A program made the position numbers and the translations under genes. Positions 39,252 through 51,373 of a DNA stretch of 64,000 bases are shown here, in pieces. The notes under the pieces were generated by a model. That model saw only the letters and a program-made list of their open reading frames with translations. It ran no database searches and had not been told where the DNA came from. The stretch is from assembly GCA_041484665.1 (NCBI GenBank), contig JBGPIA010000006.1, positions 1-64,000 on the forward strand, given 5' to 3'. This DNA comes from Candidatus Krumholzibacteriia bacterium (GTDB lineage: Bacteria; Krumholzibacteriota; Krumholzibacteriia; JAJRXK01). Within the stretch, counting starts at the first letter, position 1. The number at the start of each line of letters is the position of its first letter.

Positions 39252-42200
39252 CTACGCCGGGCTCGCAGGGCTGGCTTGCCTCGCTGGGCTCGTCAGAGCG
39301 TCCTGGCGTTGTGCGACCGCGGCGCTGCGCTCCCGCGCGAACCTGCGGCCGAGCCAGGTCTGCACGCCATCGAGGTAGGTGAAGAACACCGGCGTGACGT
39401 ACAGCGTCACCAGCTGGGAGAAGAGCAGGCCGCCGACGACGCACAGCCCCAACGGCCGGCGCGCCTCGGATCCCGCGCCCAGCCCCAGCGCGATCGGCAG
39501 CGTGCCCATCAGGGCAGCCATGGTCGTCATCATGATAGGCCGGAAGCGGATGCTGCAGGCCTTCAGGATCGCCGCCTCCGCATCCAGCCCGCCTTTCTTG
39601 GCCTCGACGGCGAAGTCGACCATCATGATCGCGTTCTTCTTCACCACTCCGATGAGCATGATCAGCCCGACGAAGCTGTAGAGATTCAGGTCGGTCCTGA
39701 ACAGCAGCAGGGTGACCAGCGCTCCGAACAGCGCGAACGGCAGGCCGGTGAGGATGGTGATCGGGTGGACGAAACTCTCGTAGAGGATGCCCAGGATCAT
39801 GTAGATGACCAGGATGGCCAGGATCAGCAGGCTCAACAGCCCGCTCTGCGAAGCGTTGAAGGCCTGCGCCGTCCCCGAGAAGTTCGTGACGATCGATGAG
39901 GGAAGGGTCTCGCGGGCAGCCTTGTTCACGATGGCTACCGCCTCGCTGAGCGCCACGCCCTCGGCCAGGTTGAAGGAGATGGTCACCGACGGCTGCTGGC
40001 CCGAGTGGTTCACCGTGAGCGGGCCGATCCCGGTCTGGATCTGGGCGACGGCGGACAAGGGGACGAGGTCGCCGTCCTGGGCACGGATGTGGAGCAGGTT
40101 CAGGGTCGCGGGATCGCGCTGATACTGGGGCAACAGCTCCATGATCACGTAGTACTGGTTGTTGGGCGCCAGGATGGTGGAGACCTGCCGGGTGCCGTAG
40201 GCCGAGAACAGGCCGTCCTCGATGGCCTGCGGCGTGATCCCCAGGGAGGCTGCCCGGTCGCGGTCGATCACCACGTCTACTTCGGGATTGCTGATCCGCA
40301 GGTCGCTGTTCACGTCGCGCAGTCGCTGATCCAGCCGCAGTTTGGCCTCCAGGGCCGGTCCGGCAGAGTAGAGAGCATCCAGGTCCGACGACTGGAGCGT
40401 GTACTGATAGAGTCCCGACGCGAAGCGGCCGCCGATGTTGATGGCCGGCTGGTTGATGACGATGGCGCGGATGCCCGGGATCTTGGCCAGCTTGCCCCGC
40501 AGGCTGCTGACCACCTGGTCGGCGGTGAGCTTGCGCTCGTGGCGCGGCTTCAGGCGGAGTATGACGCGGCCTTGGTTGCCCGAGCTGCTGGAGCCGCCCG
40601 CCCCGACGGCGGACATGAACGACTGCACGTTGGGGTCCGCCCCCACCACCTCGGCGACCACCTTCTGGTGCGCCACCATCCCCTCGAAGGAGAGGCCCTC
40701 CGCTCCCTCGGTGGTGCCGAACAGGAAGGCCGTGTCCTGGCTCGGGATGAAGCCCTTGGGCACGACGGCGAAGAGGAACATGGTCGCGGCGAAGATCCCC
40801 GCCGAGAACATCAGCGCGGTGCGCTTGTGGCCCACCACCCAGGCGAGGCTTCGCTCGTAGAGCGCCAGCGCACTCGTCCACACCCGCTCGATGGCGTTGT
40901 AGAAGCGGCCATGCTGCCTGCTCTCGACGCGCAGGAAGCGGCTGCACATCATGGGCGTCAGCGACAGGGACACGAACCCCGAGACCAGGATCGCCGTCAT
41001 GATCGTGACCGCAAACTCCCGGAACAGCCGTCCCATGATGCCGCCCATGAACAGGATCGGGATGAACACGGCGGTTAGGGACAGGGTCATGGACACGATG
41101 GTGAAGCCCACTTCCTTGGCCCCGTCCACCGCCGCCGCGAACGGGCGCTTTCCCATTTCCATGTGGCGGTAGATGTTCTCGAGCATGACGATGGCGTCGT
41201 CGACCACGAACCCCACCGACAGCGTGAGGGCCATCAGCGACAGGTTGTCCAGGTTGAAGCCCAGCAGCGACATCACGCCGAATGTCCCGACCACCGACAA
41301 GGGCAGGGCGAGGCTGGGGATCACCGTGGCGGAGACGTTGCGCAGGAAGAGGAAGATCACCAGCACCACGAGGCAGAGCGTCAGCAGCAGCGTGCCCTTG
41401 ACGTCGTTGACGGAATCCTGGATGGGCGCCGCCCGGTCGATCATCACGGTGAGGTTCGCCGATGCCGGCATCTGGCTCATGAAGCTGGGCAAGAGCGCAC
41501 GCACGGCCTTGGACACTTCGACCGTGTTGGTGCCGGGCTGCCGCTGCACGGCCAGCATGATGCCCCGGTCGTTGTTGATCCAGCTGGCCACCTTGTCGTT
41601 CTGGACGCTGTCGAAAACGTTGCCCAGGTCCCGCAGGCGCACCGGCGCACCGTTGCGGTACGCCACCACGATGGGCCGGAACTCCGAGGCGTTGTTGAGC
41701 TGGCCGGTGGCCTGCAGGGTGTAGGCCTTTTCGTGGCCCCACAGGGTCCCGGTGGGCATGTTCACGTTGCTGCCCTGCACCGCCTGCACCACCTGGTCGA
41801 TCCCGATTCCGCGGGAGGCCATGGCCTGCGGGTCGAGCTGGATGCGGACGGCGTACTTCTGCGAGCCGTAGACCTGCACTTGGGCCACGCCGTTCACCAT
41901 GGAGATCCGCCGCGCCATGAGCGTCTGGGCGTACTCGTCGAGGGCCGACAGCGGCAGCGTGGGCGAGGTGAGCGCCACGAACAGGATGGGCTGGTCCGCC
42001 GGGTTCACCTTCTGGTACGAGGGCGGGCTGGGCATATCGCGCGGGAGCTGCCGCTGCACCGCGGCGATGGCGGACTGGACGTCCTGGGCCGCGGCGTCGA
42101 TGTCGCGCTCCAGGCTGAACTGGATCGTGATTTGCGTGCTGCCCAGGCTGCTGGTGGAGGTCATGTTGTCGATGCCGGCGATGGTGGAGAACTGCTTCTC

Positions 42201-42392
42201 CAGCGGCGTGGCCACCGCAGAGGCCATCGTCTCGGGACTGGCGCCGGGCAGGCTCGCCGACACCGAGATGGTGGGGAAGTCCACGTTGGGCAGGTCGCTC
42301 ACGGGCAACAGGCGATAACCCAGGATTCCCATGACGAGGATCGCCATCATGACGAGGGTCGTCATGACGGGGCGGCGGATGAAGAGGCTCAT
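39252..42392 (-). CDS. RND efflux transporter permease (MdtB/MdtC-like)
   Basis: FIRRPV, LPNVDFPTI, GFVVDDAIVMLENI, GVVKKNAI, RFRPIMMTT. Confidence 0.95.
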   Translation of the reverse strand: MSLFIRRPVMTTLVMMAILVMGILGYRLLPVSDLPNVDFPTISVSASLPGASPETMASAVATPLEKQFSTIAGIDNMTSTSSLGSTQITIQFSLERDIDAAAQDVQSAIAAVQRQLPRDMPSPPSYQKVNPADQPILFVALTSPTLPLSALDEYAQTLMARRISMVNGVAQVQVYGSQKYAVRIQLDPQAMASRGIGIDQVVQAVQGSNVNMPTGTLWGHEKAYTLQATGQLNNASEFRPIVVAYRNGAPVRLRDLGNVFDSVQNDKVASWINNDRGIMLAVQRQPGTNTVEVSKAVRALLPSFMSQMPASANLTVMIDRAAPIQDSVNDVKGTLLLTLCLVVLVIFLFLRNVSATVIPSLALPLSVVGTFGVMSLLGFNLDNLSLMALTLSVGFVVDDAIVMLENIYRHMEMGKRPFAAAVDGAKEVGFTIVSMTLSLTAVFIPILFMGGIMGRLFREFAVTIMTAILVSGFVSLSLTPMMCSRFLRVESRQHGRFYNAIERVWTSALALYERSLAWVVGHKRTALMFSAGIFAATMFLFAVVPKGFIPSQDTAFLFGTTEGAEGLSFEGMVAHQKVVAEVVGADPNVQSFMSAVGAGGSSSSGNQGRVILRLKPRHERKLTADQVVSSLRGKLAKIPGIRAIVINQPAINIGGRFASGLYQYTLQSSDLDALYSAGPALEAKLRLDQRLRDVNSDLRISNPEVDVVIDRDRAASLGITPQAIEDGLFSAYGTRQVSTILAPNNQYYVIMELLPQYQRDPATLNLLHIRAQDGDLVPLSAVAQIQTGIGPLTVNHSGQQPSVTISFNLAEGVALSEAVAIVNKAARETLPSSIVTNFSGTAQAFNASQSGLLSLLILAILVIYMILGILYESFVHPITILTGLPFALFGALVTLLLFRTDLNLYSFVGLIMLIGVVKKNAIMMVDFAVEAKKGGLDAEAAILKACSIRFRPIMMTTMAALMGTLPIALGLGAGSEARRPLGLCVVGGLLFSQLVTLYVTPVFFTYLDGVQTWLGRRFARERSAAVAQRQDALTSPARQASPASPA

Positions 42393-43537
42393 CGCGCGCC
42401 TCCCTGCTGCGCCGGGTCCGTCTTGACCTGCACTACAGCCCCCGGCACCAGGCGCATCTGGCCGTCCACGACCACGGTCTCACCGGTCTGTAGCCCCTCG
42501 TCCAGCACCGTCGTGCCGCCCACCGTCCGATTCACCTTCACCGCGCGCTTCTCGGCCTTGCCATCGGCCCCGATGACGAACACGAAGGGACCCTGCTGAC
42601 CGGTCACCACCGCGGCGGCCGGCACGGTCATCGCCGCCGGCTCCACGGTGAGGACCAGCTCGGCGTCCACGAACTGCCCGGGCCACAGCAGGCCCTCGTC
42701 GTTGGCGAACTCGGCCTTCAACGTCACGGTGCCCGTGCCCGGATCGACGCTGTTGTCCACGAAGCTGAGGCGCCCTTTCATCTCCACGCCCGTTCCGTCC
42801 CGGGTGGGGCGAACGAGGACCTGCAGGGGAGCCTGCGCGGCGAACTTCTGCACCAGGGGCAGCTGGCTGCCGGGGATCGCGAAGGTCACCCGGATCGGCC
42901 GCAGCTGATTGATCACCACCAGCGGCAGGTCGTTGGCCTTCGCCAGGTTTCCCTTCTTGAGGAGGATGCTTCCGGTGCGCCCGGCGATGGGTGCCGTGAT
43001 GGAGGCGTAGGCCAGGTTGAGCTTGGCCTGCTCCACCGCCGCCGAGTCGGCCAGGACGGCGGACTTGAAGACATCGGCCTGCGTCCGCGCCGCGTCGTAC
43101 TGCTCCTTCGTGACGAAGTCCTTGGCCACGAGCCGCTCGTAGCGCGCGGCCTGGGTCTGCGCGTTGGCGGCCTGGGCGCTGTCCTTGGCGAGCTGCGCCG
43201 CAGCCGCCTCGAGCGCCGCCGCCAACGGCCGGCTGTCGATCTGGAAGAGGAGCTGCCCCGCTTTGACGTCCTCTCCCTCCGCGAACCCCGCGCGCGTGAT
43301 CACGCCACTGATCTGCGCCTTGACGGCGACCGACTCGATGGGCTCGACACTGCCCACCGTCAGCAACGACATCGACACGGGTTGCACCTTCGCAGTAGCG
43401 GTGACCACCGGTACGGGCGGCACTTCGCTCTTCTTCGCCCCGCTGCAGGCCAGCGCGAGCACGGCGCCCGCAGCCGCCGCGATGCCAGTGCGCGCGGACC
43501 GGGAGAGCGCGCTCCAGACGGGCGTGCTCGGGGTCAT
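42389..43537 (-). CDS. RND membrane fusion protein (MdtA-like)
   Basis: Lipobox LALAC, EGEDVKAGQLLFQID, ITAPIAGRTG, VDPGTGT, LWPGQF. Confidence 0.93.
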   Translation of the reverse strand: MTPSTPVWSALSRSARTGIAAAAGAVLALACSGAKKSEVPPVPVVTATAKVQPVSMSLLTVGSVEPIESVAVKAQISGVITRAGFAEGEDVKAGQLLFQIDSRPLAAALEAAAAQLAKDSAQAANAQTQAARYERLVAKDFVTKEQYDAARTQADVFKSAVLADSAAVEQAKLNLAYASITAPIAGRTGSILLKKGNLAKANDLPLVVINQLRPIRVTFAIPGSQLPLVQKFAAQAPLQVLVRPTRDGTGVEMKGRLSFVDNSVDPGTGTVTLKAEFANDEGLLWPGQFVDAELVLTVEPAAMTVPAAAVVTGQQGPFVFVIGADGKAEKRAVKVNRTVGGTTVLDEGLQTGETVVVDGQMRLVPGAVVQVKTDPAQQGGAR

Positions 43538-45021
43538 GGCTTCACCTCGGGTTGGAGGATGTGAGGCGCAATGGGGTTCTCCCCGTGGATGCCCAGCAGG
43601 CCCGTATCGCGGGCGAGCTGGGCCAGGGCCGTGAACCAGCCCAGCCGCGCGTTGATCTGCTGCGCCCTGGCCACGGCCAGCGTGCGCTGCGCCGAGAGCA
43701 GGTCCAGGATGTCGCCCACACCTTCCTTGTACCGTCCCAGGGCCACTTGCTCCGATTCCTGGGCGCTCGCCAGCAGGTCGTTGGTCGTCGCCACGCGCTC
43801 GGTGGCGGTGAGGAAATCGCTGTGGGCGGCAAACACCTCGTAGATCACCTGCTGCTCCAGTCCCCGCGCCCGCTCGCCGGCGGCTTCCGCTTCCGCCTTG
43901 GATTGCAGCAGGTCGTACTGTCGCGAAAAGCCCGTGAAGAGTGGGACGTGCAGCAGCAGGGCTCCCGCGTAGCGGTCGTAGGCGTTGGGCACGTCCTGTG
44001 TCCAGGTCCACCCCGCCGATCCCGAGAGTGACAGGGACGGCAACCGATCGGAGTTCGCGCGTTTGACCCTGGCATCGAACTCCAGGGCGGTAGCCCTGGC
44101 TGCCTGCAGATCGGGCCGGCTGGCGATGGCCTTGTCGATGAGATCCTCCACGTCATGCGCGACGGCATCGGGGGGGATGTCCGGTGCGTGGACCTCGATG
44201 TCGAACGGCACATTCGCCGGGTAGCCCATGGAGACGGCCAGCGCGCCCCTGGTGGTCCGCACCTGCCCCTCGGTCGTCTGGACGTCCAGCTTGACTTGCG
44301 AGTAGGCCGTCTTGGCCTGGAGCACGTCCGCGATGGTGGCCAGCCCCACCTCGTGTCGTTCCTGAGCGGCCATGAGGCTGGAATCGGCTTCGGCGAGGGA
44401 CGCGCGGTTGGCGTCGAGAATCGCCTTGGCCCCTGCGTAATTGTAGAACGCCACCTCCACCGTCAGCACCCGGTTCTGCAGCACGGCATTGTGGGTCCAG
44501 TCCGCCGCCAGCAATGCCTGCTTGGACTCCTCCACGTCGCCCGCGCGCCCCCCGAAGTCCAGCAGCAGGTACGAGAGGCTCACGGTGGGGCCGTAGACGG
44601 TGGTGTAGGACGACGAGGCGTCCGACGCCCGGGAGCCCGAGTTTCCCTGGACCGACGAGCCGTTCGAGCGCGACAGCGTGCCATCGACGCTCACGGTCGG
44701 GTAGTAGGCGCCCTTCGCCGAGCCATAACCCGCCGCCGCGGCTTTGGCGTCGGCCCAGGCGGCGCGCGTGGCGGGGTTGTTCTGCAAGGTGATGTCCACG
44801 ACCTCGGCCAGCGTGAGGTGGTCGAGCTTCGCCTGCATCTGCTCCACCGGCACTGCGGGGCCTGTGCGCTGCGTAGCCCCTGCGTGTCTCGGGGGCGGGA
44901 TCCAGGGTGTCGCCGGCGACGGTGACGCGCCCCGCACGCCGTCCACTTTGGGCGGATTGTGCGCGCATCCAAAGCACAGCGCGAGCGCCGCCAGCGAGCC
45001 GATCGGGCCGACCGCTCTCAT
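43534..45021 (-). CDS. TolC-family outer membrane efflux protein
   Basis: Lipobox, LTLAEVV..NNP, RYKEGVGDILDLL; translationally coupled to the MFP gene. Confidence 0.92.
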   Translation of the reverse strand: MRAVGPIGSLAALALCFGCAHNPPKVDGVRGASPSPATPWIPPPRHAGATQRTGPAVPVEQMQAKLDHLTLAEVVDITLQNNPATRAAWADAKAAAAGYGSAKGAYYPTVSVDGTLSRSNGSSVQGNSGSRASDASSSYTTVYGPTVSLSYLLLDFGGRAGDVEESKQALLAADWTHNAVLQNRVLTVEVAFYNYAGAKAILDANRASLAEADSSLMAAQERHEVGLATIADVLQAKTAYSQVKLDVQTTEGQVRTTRGALAVSMGYPANVPFDIEVHAPDIPPDAVAHDVEDLIDKAIASRPDLQAARATALEFDARVKRANSDRLPSLSLSGSAGWTWTQDVPNAYDRYAGALLLHVPLFTGFSRQYDLLQSKAEAEAAGERARGLEQQVIYEVFAAHSDFLTATERVATTNDLLASAQESEQVALGRYKEGVGDILDLLSAQRTLAVARAQQINARLGWFTALAQLARDTGLLGIHGENPIAPHILQPEVKP

Positions 45022-45650
45022 GTCCGCCTCCCGGCGCCGACCCGCCGCGTGGAGATGCCGTTGAGGAACACATCGAGCAGCATGCGCGCGTCCTCCTCCA
45101 CGGGAGCCGGCGCCTCTTGCAGCAGGCGCTGGGCGATCATGGCGACGTCCGCCTCGATCAGCATGGCCGCCAGCTTGAACGGGTCCAGCGGGCGGAAGAC
45201 GCCGGCCTGCGACCCCTCACGGAACGCCCCCGCGAGTTTATCCATATAGGCCCGGAAGCGCGCGCTCTGTTGGCGGCGCAACGTGGTCTCGGCGAGTTGA
45301 CGGTCCCACAGCAGTACGCGGAAGAAATCGCGGTGCTCGTCGAAGTAGCCGAGGTGGCGCGACACGAACTGCTGGAGCTTTTCCCGCGCGGGCAGCTGCC
45401 CGTCGAGGATGGCAAAGAGTTCCTCGCGCATGGGGCTGAGGCTCTCCTCCTTGACGGAGGCCAGCAGCTGCTTCTTGTCCCGGAAGTAGAGGTAGAGGGT
45501 CCCCTTGGCCACTCCGGCCTCGGCCGCCACGCGCTCCATGGTGAGCGCCTGCGCACCGTCGCGCGAGAGGATCCGGACCACGGCGTCCTGGATCCCGCGC
45601 CGGCAGAGCGCCTCCCACTCGGATTTCCGCCGCTTGCGCGTCGCGAGCAC
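45018..45650 (-). CDS. TetR/AcrR-family transcriptional regulator
   Basis: TMERVAAEAGVAKGTLYLYFRDK HTH; GTG 45650 preceded by ggggag. Confidence 0.93.
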   Translation of the reverse strand: MLATRKRRKSEWEALCRRGIQDAVVRILSRDGAQALTMERVAAEAGVAKGTLYLYFRDKKQLLASVKEESLSPMREELFAILDGQLPAREKLQQFVSRHLGYFDEHRDFFRVLLWDRQLAETTLRRQQSARFRAYMDKLAGAFREGSQAGVFRPLDPFKLAAMLIEADVAMIAQRLLQEAPAPVEEDARMLLDVFLNGISTRRVGAGRRT

Positions 45651-45680
45651 GTTGCGCTCCCCCCCATCCGCCGGGACCCA

Positions 45681-45725
45681 GACTGACCGCCCAGTCACGA
45701 AATAGACAGGATGGTCATCTGTCAA
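45681..45725 (-). promoter_or_regulatory. Promoter with two palindromic TetR operator candidates
   Basis: TTGACA on the minus strand (45720-45725) adjacent to GAC-N6-GTC palindromes TGACCGCCCAGTCA and AGACAGGATGGTCA. Confidence 0.65.
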
Positions 45726-45864
45726 GGCGCCGCAGGGGAGGACGACCGCGGCCACCGGCGCGCGGTGGCGCGCGCCCGCCGCGCGGGATCGTACGCCAGC
45801 GGGGTGCCGCGGTCCGCAGCACCCCGCCGGTTCGACGCCGACCGGCCGGCGCTTTGGGCACGGA

Positions 45865-48750
45865 TCAGTGCAGCAGGATCACCTTCCGGGTGAGGAGTTG
45901 CTCGCCGGCCGCGAGGCGAATCAAGTAGAGGCCGCGCGACACGCTGGCGCCGGCCGTATCGCGCCGGTCCCACTCCAGCACGAACTCCCCGGCGGCCTGC
46001 GGCCCTTCGGCGAGTGTCTGCACGTGGCGGCCGCGCGCGTCGAAGACCTCGAGCCGCACGTGCGTCGCGCCACGCGCGAGGCTATAGCGGACCTGCACCG
46101 AATTGGTGCCATCCACGGGCTCCTCGAGCGCCGTGCGGTACTGCGCGCCGCTCCCGGTAACCTTCAACGGCTCCAGGGCGACCGGGTCGCCCTCGTGCAG
46201 CTGCAGCACCAGCTGATACCAGTATGCTCGGCCGCTCTCCACCGCGGAGTCCACGAACTCCATCTGCGCGGCCGGCACCAGCGGGTCCGCGGTGCGCGCG
46301 AGCCACGGGCCGTTCGCCGACTCGGCGCGCTGCACCAGGATGCCCGTCACGGCGGTCTGCGCCGCGCTCGCCAGACTCCAGGTGAGGCGCACGCGGCCGT
46401 CGCTCGCGGTCGCGGAAAGACCCGCGACGGTGACGGGAACTGGGCGTTCGATCCGGAAACAGATGACCGGGTCGCAGCCGGGGTCGTAGGCCAGGTTCGG
46501 GATGGCGTCGATCACCATCCGATACGTCCCAGGCGCGTAGCAGGCGAATTGCTCGTTGCTGATGTTGCCGGACGCGTCCGTCGAGATGGCGCCCACCGGC
46601 GCCAGCGGGGCGTCCTTGCGCGGGGGTTGGCACGGCTCCGTCGCCGGCTGGACATCGACGTTGTAGTTCCAGTTGGCCCGTAGCGTGCCTCCAGCCGGGT
46701 GCGGCTGGCCATCATTGCCACAAGCGGTGACCGCCACGTTGATCGCCAGCTGGCGGCTGGTCGCGCGGTACACGTCGGTCTCGCCGACCTGCGGGTTGCG
46801 GCCGTCGACGTTGATATCCTCGGCAGCGTCGTAGTCGTTGTCGTTGTCGGAATCGCAGTCGCACTCGGTGCGCAGCAGGTCGCTGTCGACGTCGGAGAAG
46901 CCGATGGCATTGGTGTTGTGCCCCGGATGATCCAGGCTGTGGAACGTGTAGCTGCGGATCTCCAGTCCGTCGGAGATCCCATCCTCGTCGGTGTCCGGGT
47001 CCGAGGGGCTGCTGCAGAAGCGCGTGAGCTCATCCCAGTCCCGCACGCCGTCGGTGTCGAAGTCGCCGGCGACCTCCGGCTCCTGCGCGCGGGCCGCGAT
47101 CCCACGGGCCGGGAGCAGGAAGTAGCCCGCATTGCCCCAGCCGGCGCCGTCGGGCTGCCAGGCGGCGTAGGTGAAGGCGCCCTGCGTTCCCGGCCAAGGG
47201 TTGGCGATGAACACGAGCCGGATCGTCCCGAAGGGCGGGAGGTTGAGCTCGAAGTAGCCATAGAGCAGCGTCGCGTGGTTCTGCCCGTCGATGTAGATGG
47301 GCCGCCCGGCGTCGAGCTCGGTCTTGACGGTGGCGAACGACGGCTTGGATCCGGCCACGCGGGTGATCTGGTTCTGGTTCAGGCCCAGCGCCCAGGCGTA
47401 TACGGGGAAACGCACCGCGAGCGACGTCCCTTGGTTGTGCCCGAGTCCCGGCTCGGCACCGGGGAACAGCTGCAGGGCCACGCGGTCCTGCGACAATGTC
47501 CCGCCGTAACGGTTGTTCACCATCGTGATGACCGCGCGTGTGCAATACATATTGCAGTGCTGGCAGCCGGGCACGTGCTGCACGGTCGTCGGATGTGCGT
47601 CGTTCCAGGGGCCCTGCGCTCCGGCGCCCTCGGTGCAGCCCGGACGGGTGCCGGCGCGGGGGTTGTAGATGCAGAGCAGCTTGGTGTCCTTGTGCTGGAT
47701 CAGCGGTGTGAGGTTCGGGACGACGGTGAGCGGCGCTTTGCCAGCTTCGCCGGACTTCGGAACGTAGGCCCACAGCTTCGCGAAGGACCAGACGGCGTGC
47801 TCCGGCACCAGCGCGCCGCCGGAGTAGACCTGCACGCGCCAGAAGTACAGCCCGTCGGGAAGACCTGCGGTGACGGTGTACTGCGTGCTCGCCGTGTTGA
47901 GGCTGACGTCAGGCGAAGCGAAGGTCGAGTCGGCGTCCACCTGCAGACGGAAGCTGTCGGCGGCCGCGACGGACGCCCAGCGCAGCTCCGGCGACGCAGA
48001 TTCGAGCAAGGCACCGCTGGCGGGAGCGACCTGGACGGCGTTCTGCACAGTCGTACGACCGCCGCTCACGTAGTAGTCGCCCCAGCCGAACTCGCGCCAG
48101 TCGCTTGCGACATCGTGGTCAAAGCCATCTGGGCAGAGCCCCAGTGACGAGAGCTGGCCGAAGGCGGCCAGACTCACGAAATCGCCCGCCGTCCAGATGC
48201 CGGCGTTCACTGCGCTGAGCGCGGAGGCGCCGCCGCCGTAGGGGCCGATGGCAGACCAGGCCACGTAGTCGGCGATGTTGGCTGGCACGGCAGAGCCCGT
48301 GTAGAGCGCGCACTCGTCGGCGCCGGCGTCGAAGATGACGAGACTGTCGCCCTGGGTGAAATAGGTAGCAGCGCCGTCGCTGAAATCGGCGTCATCGCTG
48401 CCCGAGCCGAAGATGACCGTGAGAAACCCCTGCGCAGGGACCGTCCACGCCGGTAGCGTCACGAGGCTCGTACCGGCGGCGTTGGTGAGCGTGAATCCTC
48501 CGACGAGCTCGGGGCCCGGTCCGGTGTTGAAGAGCTCGACGCGGCTTTGGACGAGGTTGCTCTGGGGTCCGATAACCGCGTTCGGCCAGATCTCGTTGAG
48601 GCGCAGATCGGTCGAAGCTGCGCCGGCCATGTCGCTCGCCATGACGACGAGCAGACCGAGCGCCGCTGCAGGCAGCAGCGCGCGCGCGAGGCGCCGTTGC
48701 ACGAGGGTTGGAGCGCCGGTCCCGGGTCGACGCGCTTGCGTTGGCCACAT
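45865..48750 (-). CDS. Secreted protein: lamin-tail-like domain, Ig/FN3-like domain, papain-fold (C39-like) cysteine peptidase, Ca-binding repeats, FlgD-Ig tail
   Basis: LNEI..VELFN (LTD-like); NMYCTRA, NHATLLYGY and ANPW as a putative Cys-His-Asn triad; DxDxDG loops; WDRRDTAG..GLY..RKVILLH. Confidence 0.7.
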   Translation of the reverse strand: MWPTQARRPGTGAPTLVQRRLARALLPAAALGLLVVMASDMAGAASTDLRLNEIWPNAVIGPQSNLVQSRVELFNTGPGPELVGGFTLTNAAGTSLVTLPAWTVPAQGFLTVIFGSGSDDADFSDGAATYFTQGDSLVIFDAGADECALYTGSAVPANIADYVAWSAIGPYGGGASALSAVNAGIWTAGDFVSLAAFGQLSSLGLCPDGFDHDVASDWREFGWGDYYVSGGRTTVQNAVQVAPASGALLESASPELRWASVAAADSFRLQVDADSTFASPDVSLNTASTQYTVTAGLPDGLYFWRVQVYSGGALVPEHAVWSFAKLWAYVPKSGEAGKAPLTVVPNLTPLIQHKDTKLLCIYNPRAGTRPGCTEGAGAQGPWNDAHPTTVQHVPGCQHCNMYCTRAVITMVNNRYGGTLSQDRVALQLFPGAEPGLGHNQGTSLAVRFPVYAWALGLNQNQITRVAGSKPSFATVKTELDAGRPIYIDGQNHATLLYGYFELNLPPFGTIRLVFIANPWPGTQGAFTYAAWQPDGAGWGNAGYFLLPARGIAARAQEPEVAGDFDTDGVRDWDELTRFCSSPSDPDTDEDGISDGLEIRSYTFHSLDHPGHNTNAIGFSDVDSDLLRTECDCDSDNDNDYDAAEDINVDGRNPQVGETDVYRATSRQLAINVAVTACGNDGQPHPAGGTLRANWNYNVDVQPATEPCQPPRKDAPLAPVGAISTDASGNISNEQFACYAPGTYRMVIDAIPNLAYDPGCDPVICFRIERPVPVTVAGLSATASDGRVRLTWSLASAAQTAVTGILVQRAESANGPWLARTADPLVPAAQMEFVDSAVESGRAYWYQLVLQLHEGDPVALEPLKVTGSGAQYRTALEEPVDGTNSVQVRYSLARGATHVRLEVFDARGRHVQTLAEGPQAAGEFVLEWDRRDTAGASVSRGLYLIRLAAGEQLLTRKVILLH

Positions 48751-49049
48751 GGCATTCCTCCAGTGTCGGAGTGTGGCGAGGGTGGAGGGAGGCCGAACGG
48801 AACTCGGCGCTCCCGCACGCTGCGGGTCGCGGGATACGGGCGGCGACGGACGGGCGGCGGGAACGCCTGCGGACCGCAGGGGGGACCTTCCCGAGAACAG
48901 CTCGAGGGAACCACAGCCGAGCGCGGCGCGTCAAGGTGCCCAGCCAGGATCGGGCGCGGGCCGGCCAGGGTGAGCGCGAGGCGCTGGGCGCCGCGCGCCC
49001 GAATTGACGTCCGGATGCGGCTGCTCTATCTCTTGTGCGCCACCTCTAC

Positions 49050-49154
49050 GGCTGGGGGAGCTTCGGCTGAGAGGCGCGCCGCCCGCGGCAGACTGGCCGT
49101 GGCCTGGCGCGCGACCCCAAGAACCTGAAGTGGATAATCCCACCGCAGGGAAGC
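49050..49154 (+). ncRNA. TPP riboswitch
   Basis: GGGGAGC..GCTGAGA..(long P3)..GACCC..GAACCTGA..GGATAATCC..CGCAGGGAAG directly upstream of thiC. Confidence 0.92.
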
Positions 49155-49215
49155 CTAAGCGCGCCACCGCGCGCGCTCGCCTTCCGCGATGAGATCACGT
49201 CCACTGCTGCAGTGA

Positions 49216-51015
<1,800 letters not shown>

Positions 51016-51290
51016 CCCGGCCGGGTGCCCGCCCAGACCCTCGGCCGCCAGCGCGGGGAGCGCCGCGCCCCGCCCGACCGCGATGCCACCGCAAGCGCCG
51101 CAGCGCATCCCGCCGCGGCGCTTCGCTTTCGCCGCCCGCACGCCCCGGGCCCGCACCGCGCAGAATGAAAAAAAGCGCCCAGCGGCAGAATCTTCCCACC
51201 GGCAGATTGCAAACTGCACTTCGCACGTCAATCGCTTGGAGCGGGAGGACTTGGACGGTTCGCGGATCGCCATGCCCCAGGCCTGGAGGT

Positions 51291-51305
51291 TGGCACGAGG
51301 ACTGC
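51291..51305 (+). promoter_or_regulatory. Sigma54 (-24/-12) promoter of the pilin cluster
   Basis: TGGCACGAGGACTGC = GG-N10-GC, ~70 bp before the first pilin; cggcagaat/cggcagatt repeat at 51183/51200 as a possible UAS. Confidence 0.8.
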
Positions 51306-51373
51306 GAAGGCACCGGTACACGATCCAGAGGGGACAGCAAAACCAGGGCTCCCAGCAATTCGAGGTCCCCGCG

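Noticed and set aside
39076..41742. N-terminal ~890 aa of the 1381-aa ORF as an RND-radical SAM fusion
   Set aside because: It is an alternative frame overlapping the RND gene; the radical SAM protein starts at 39075
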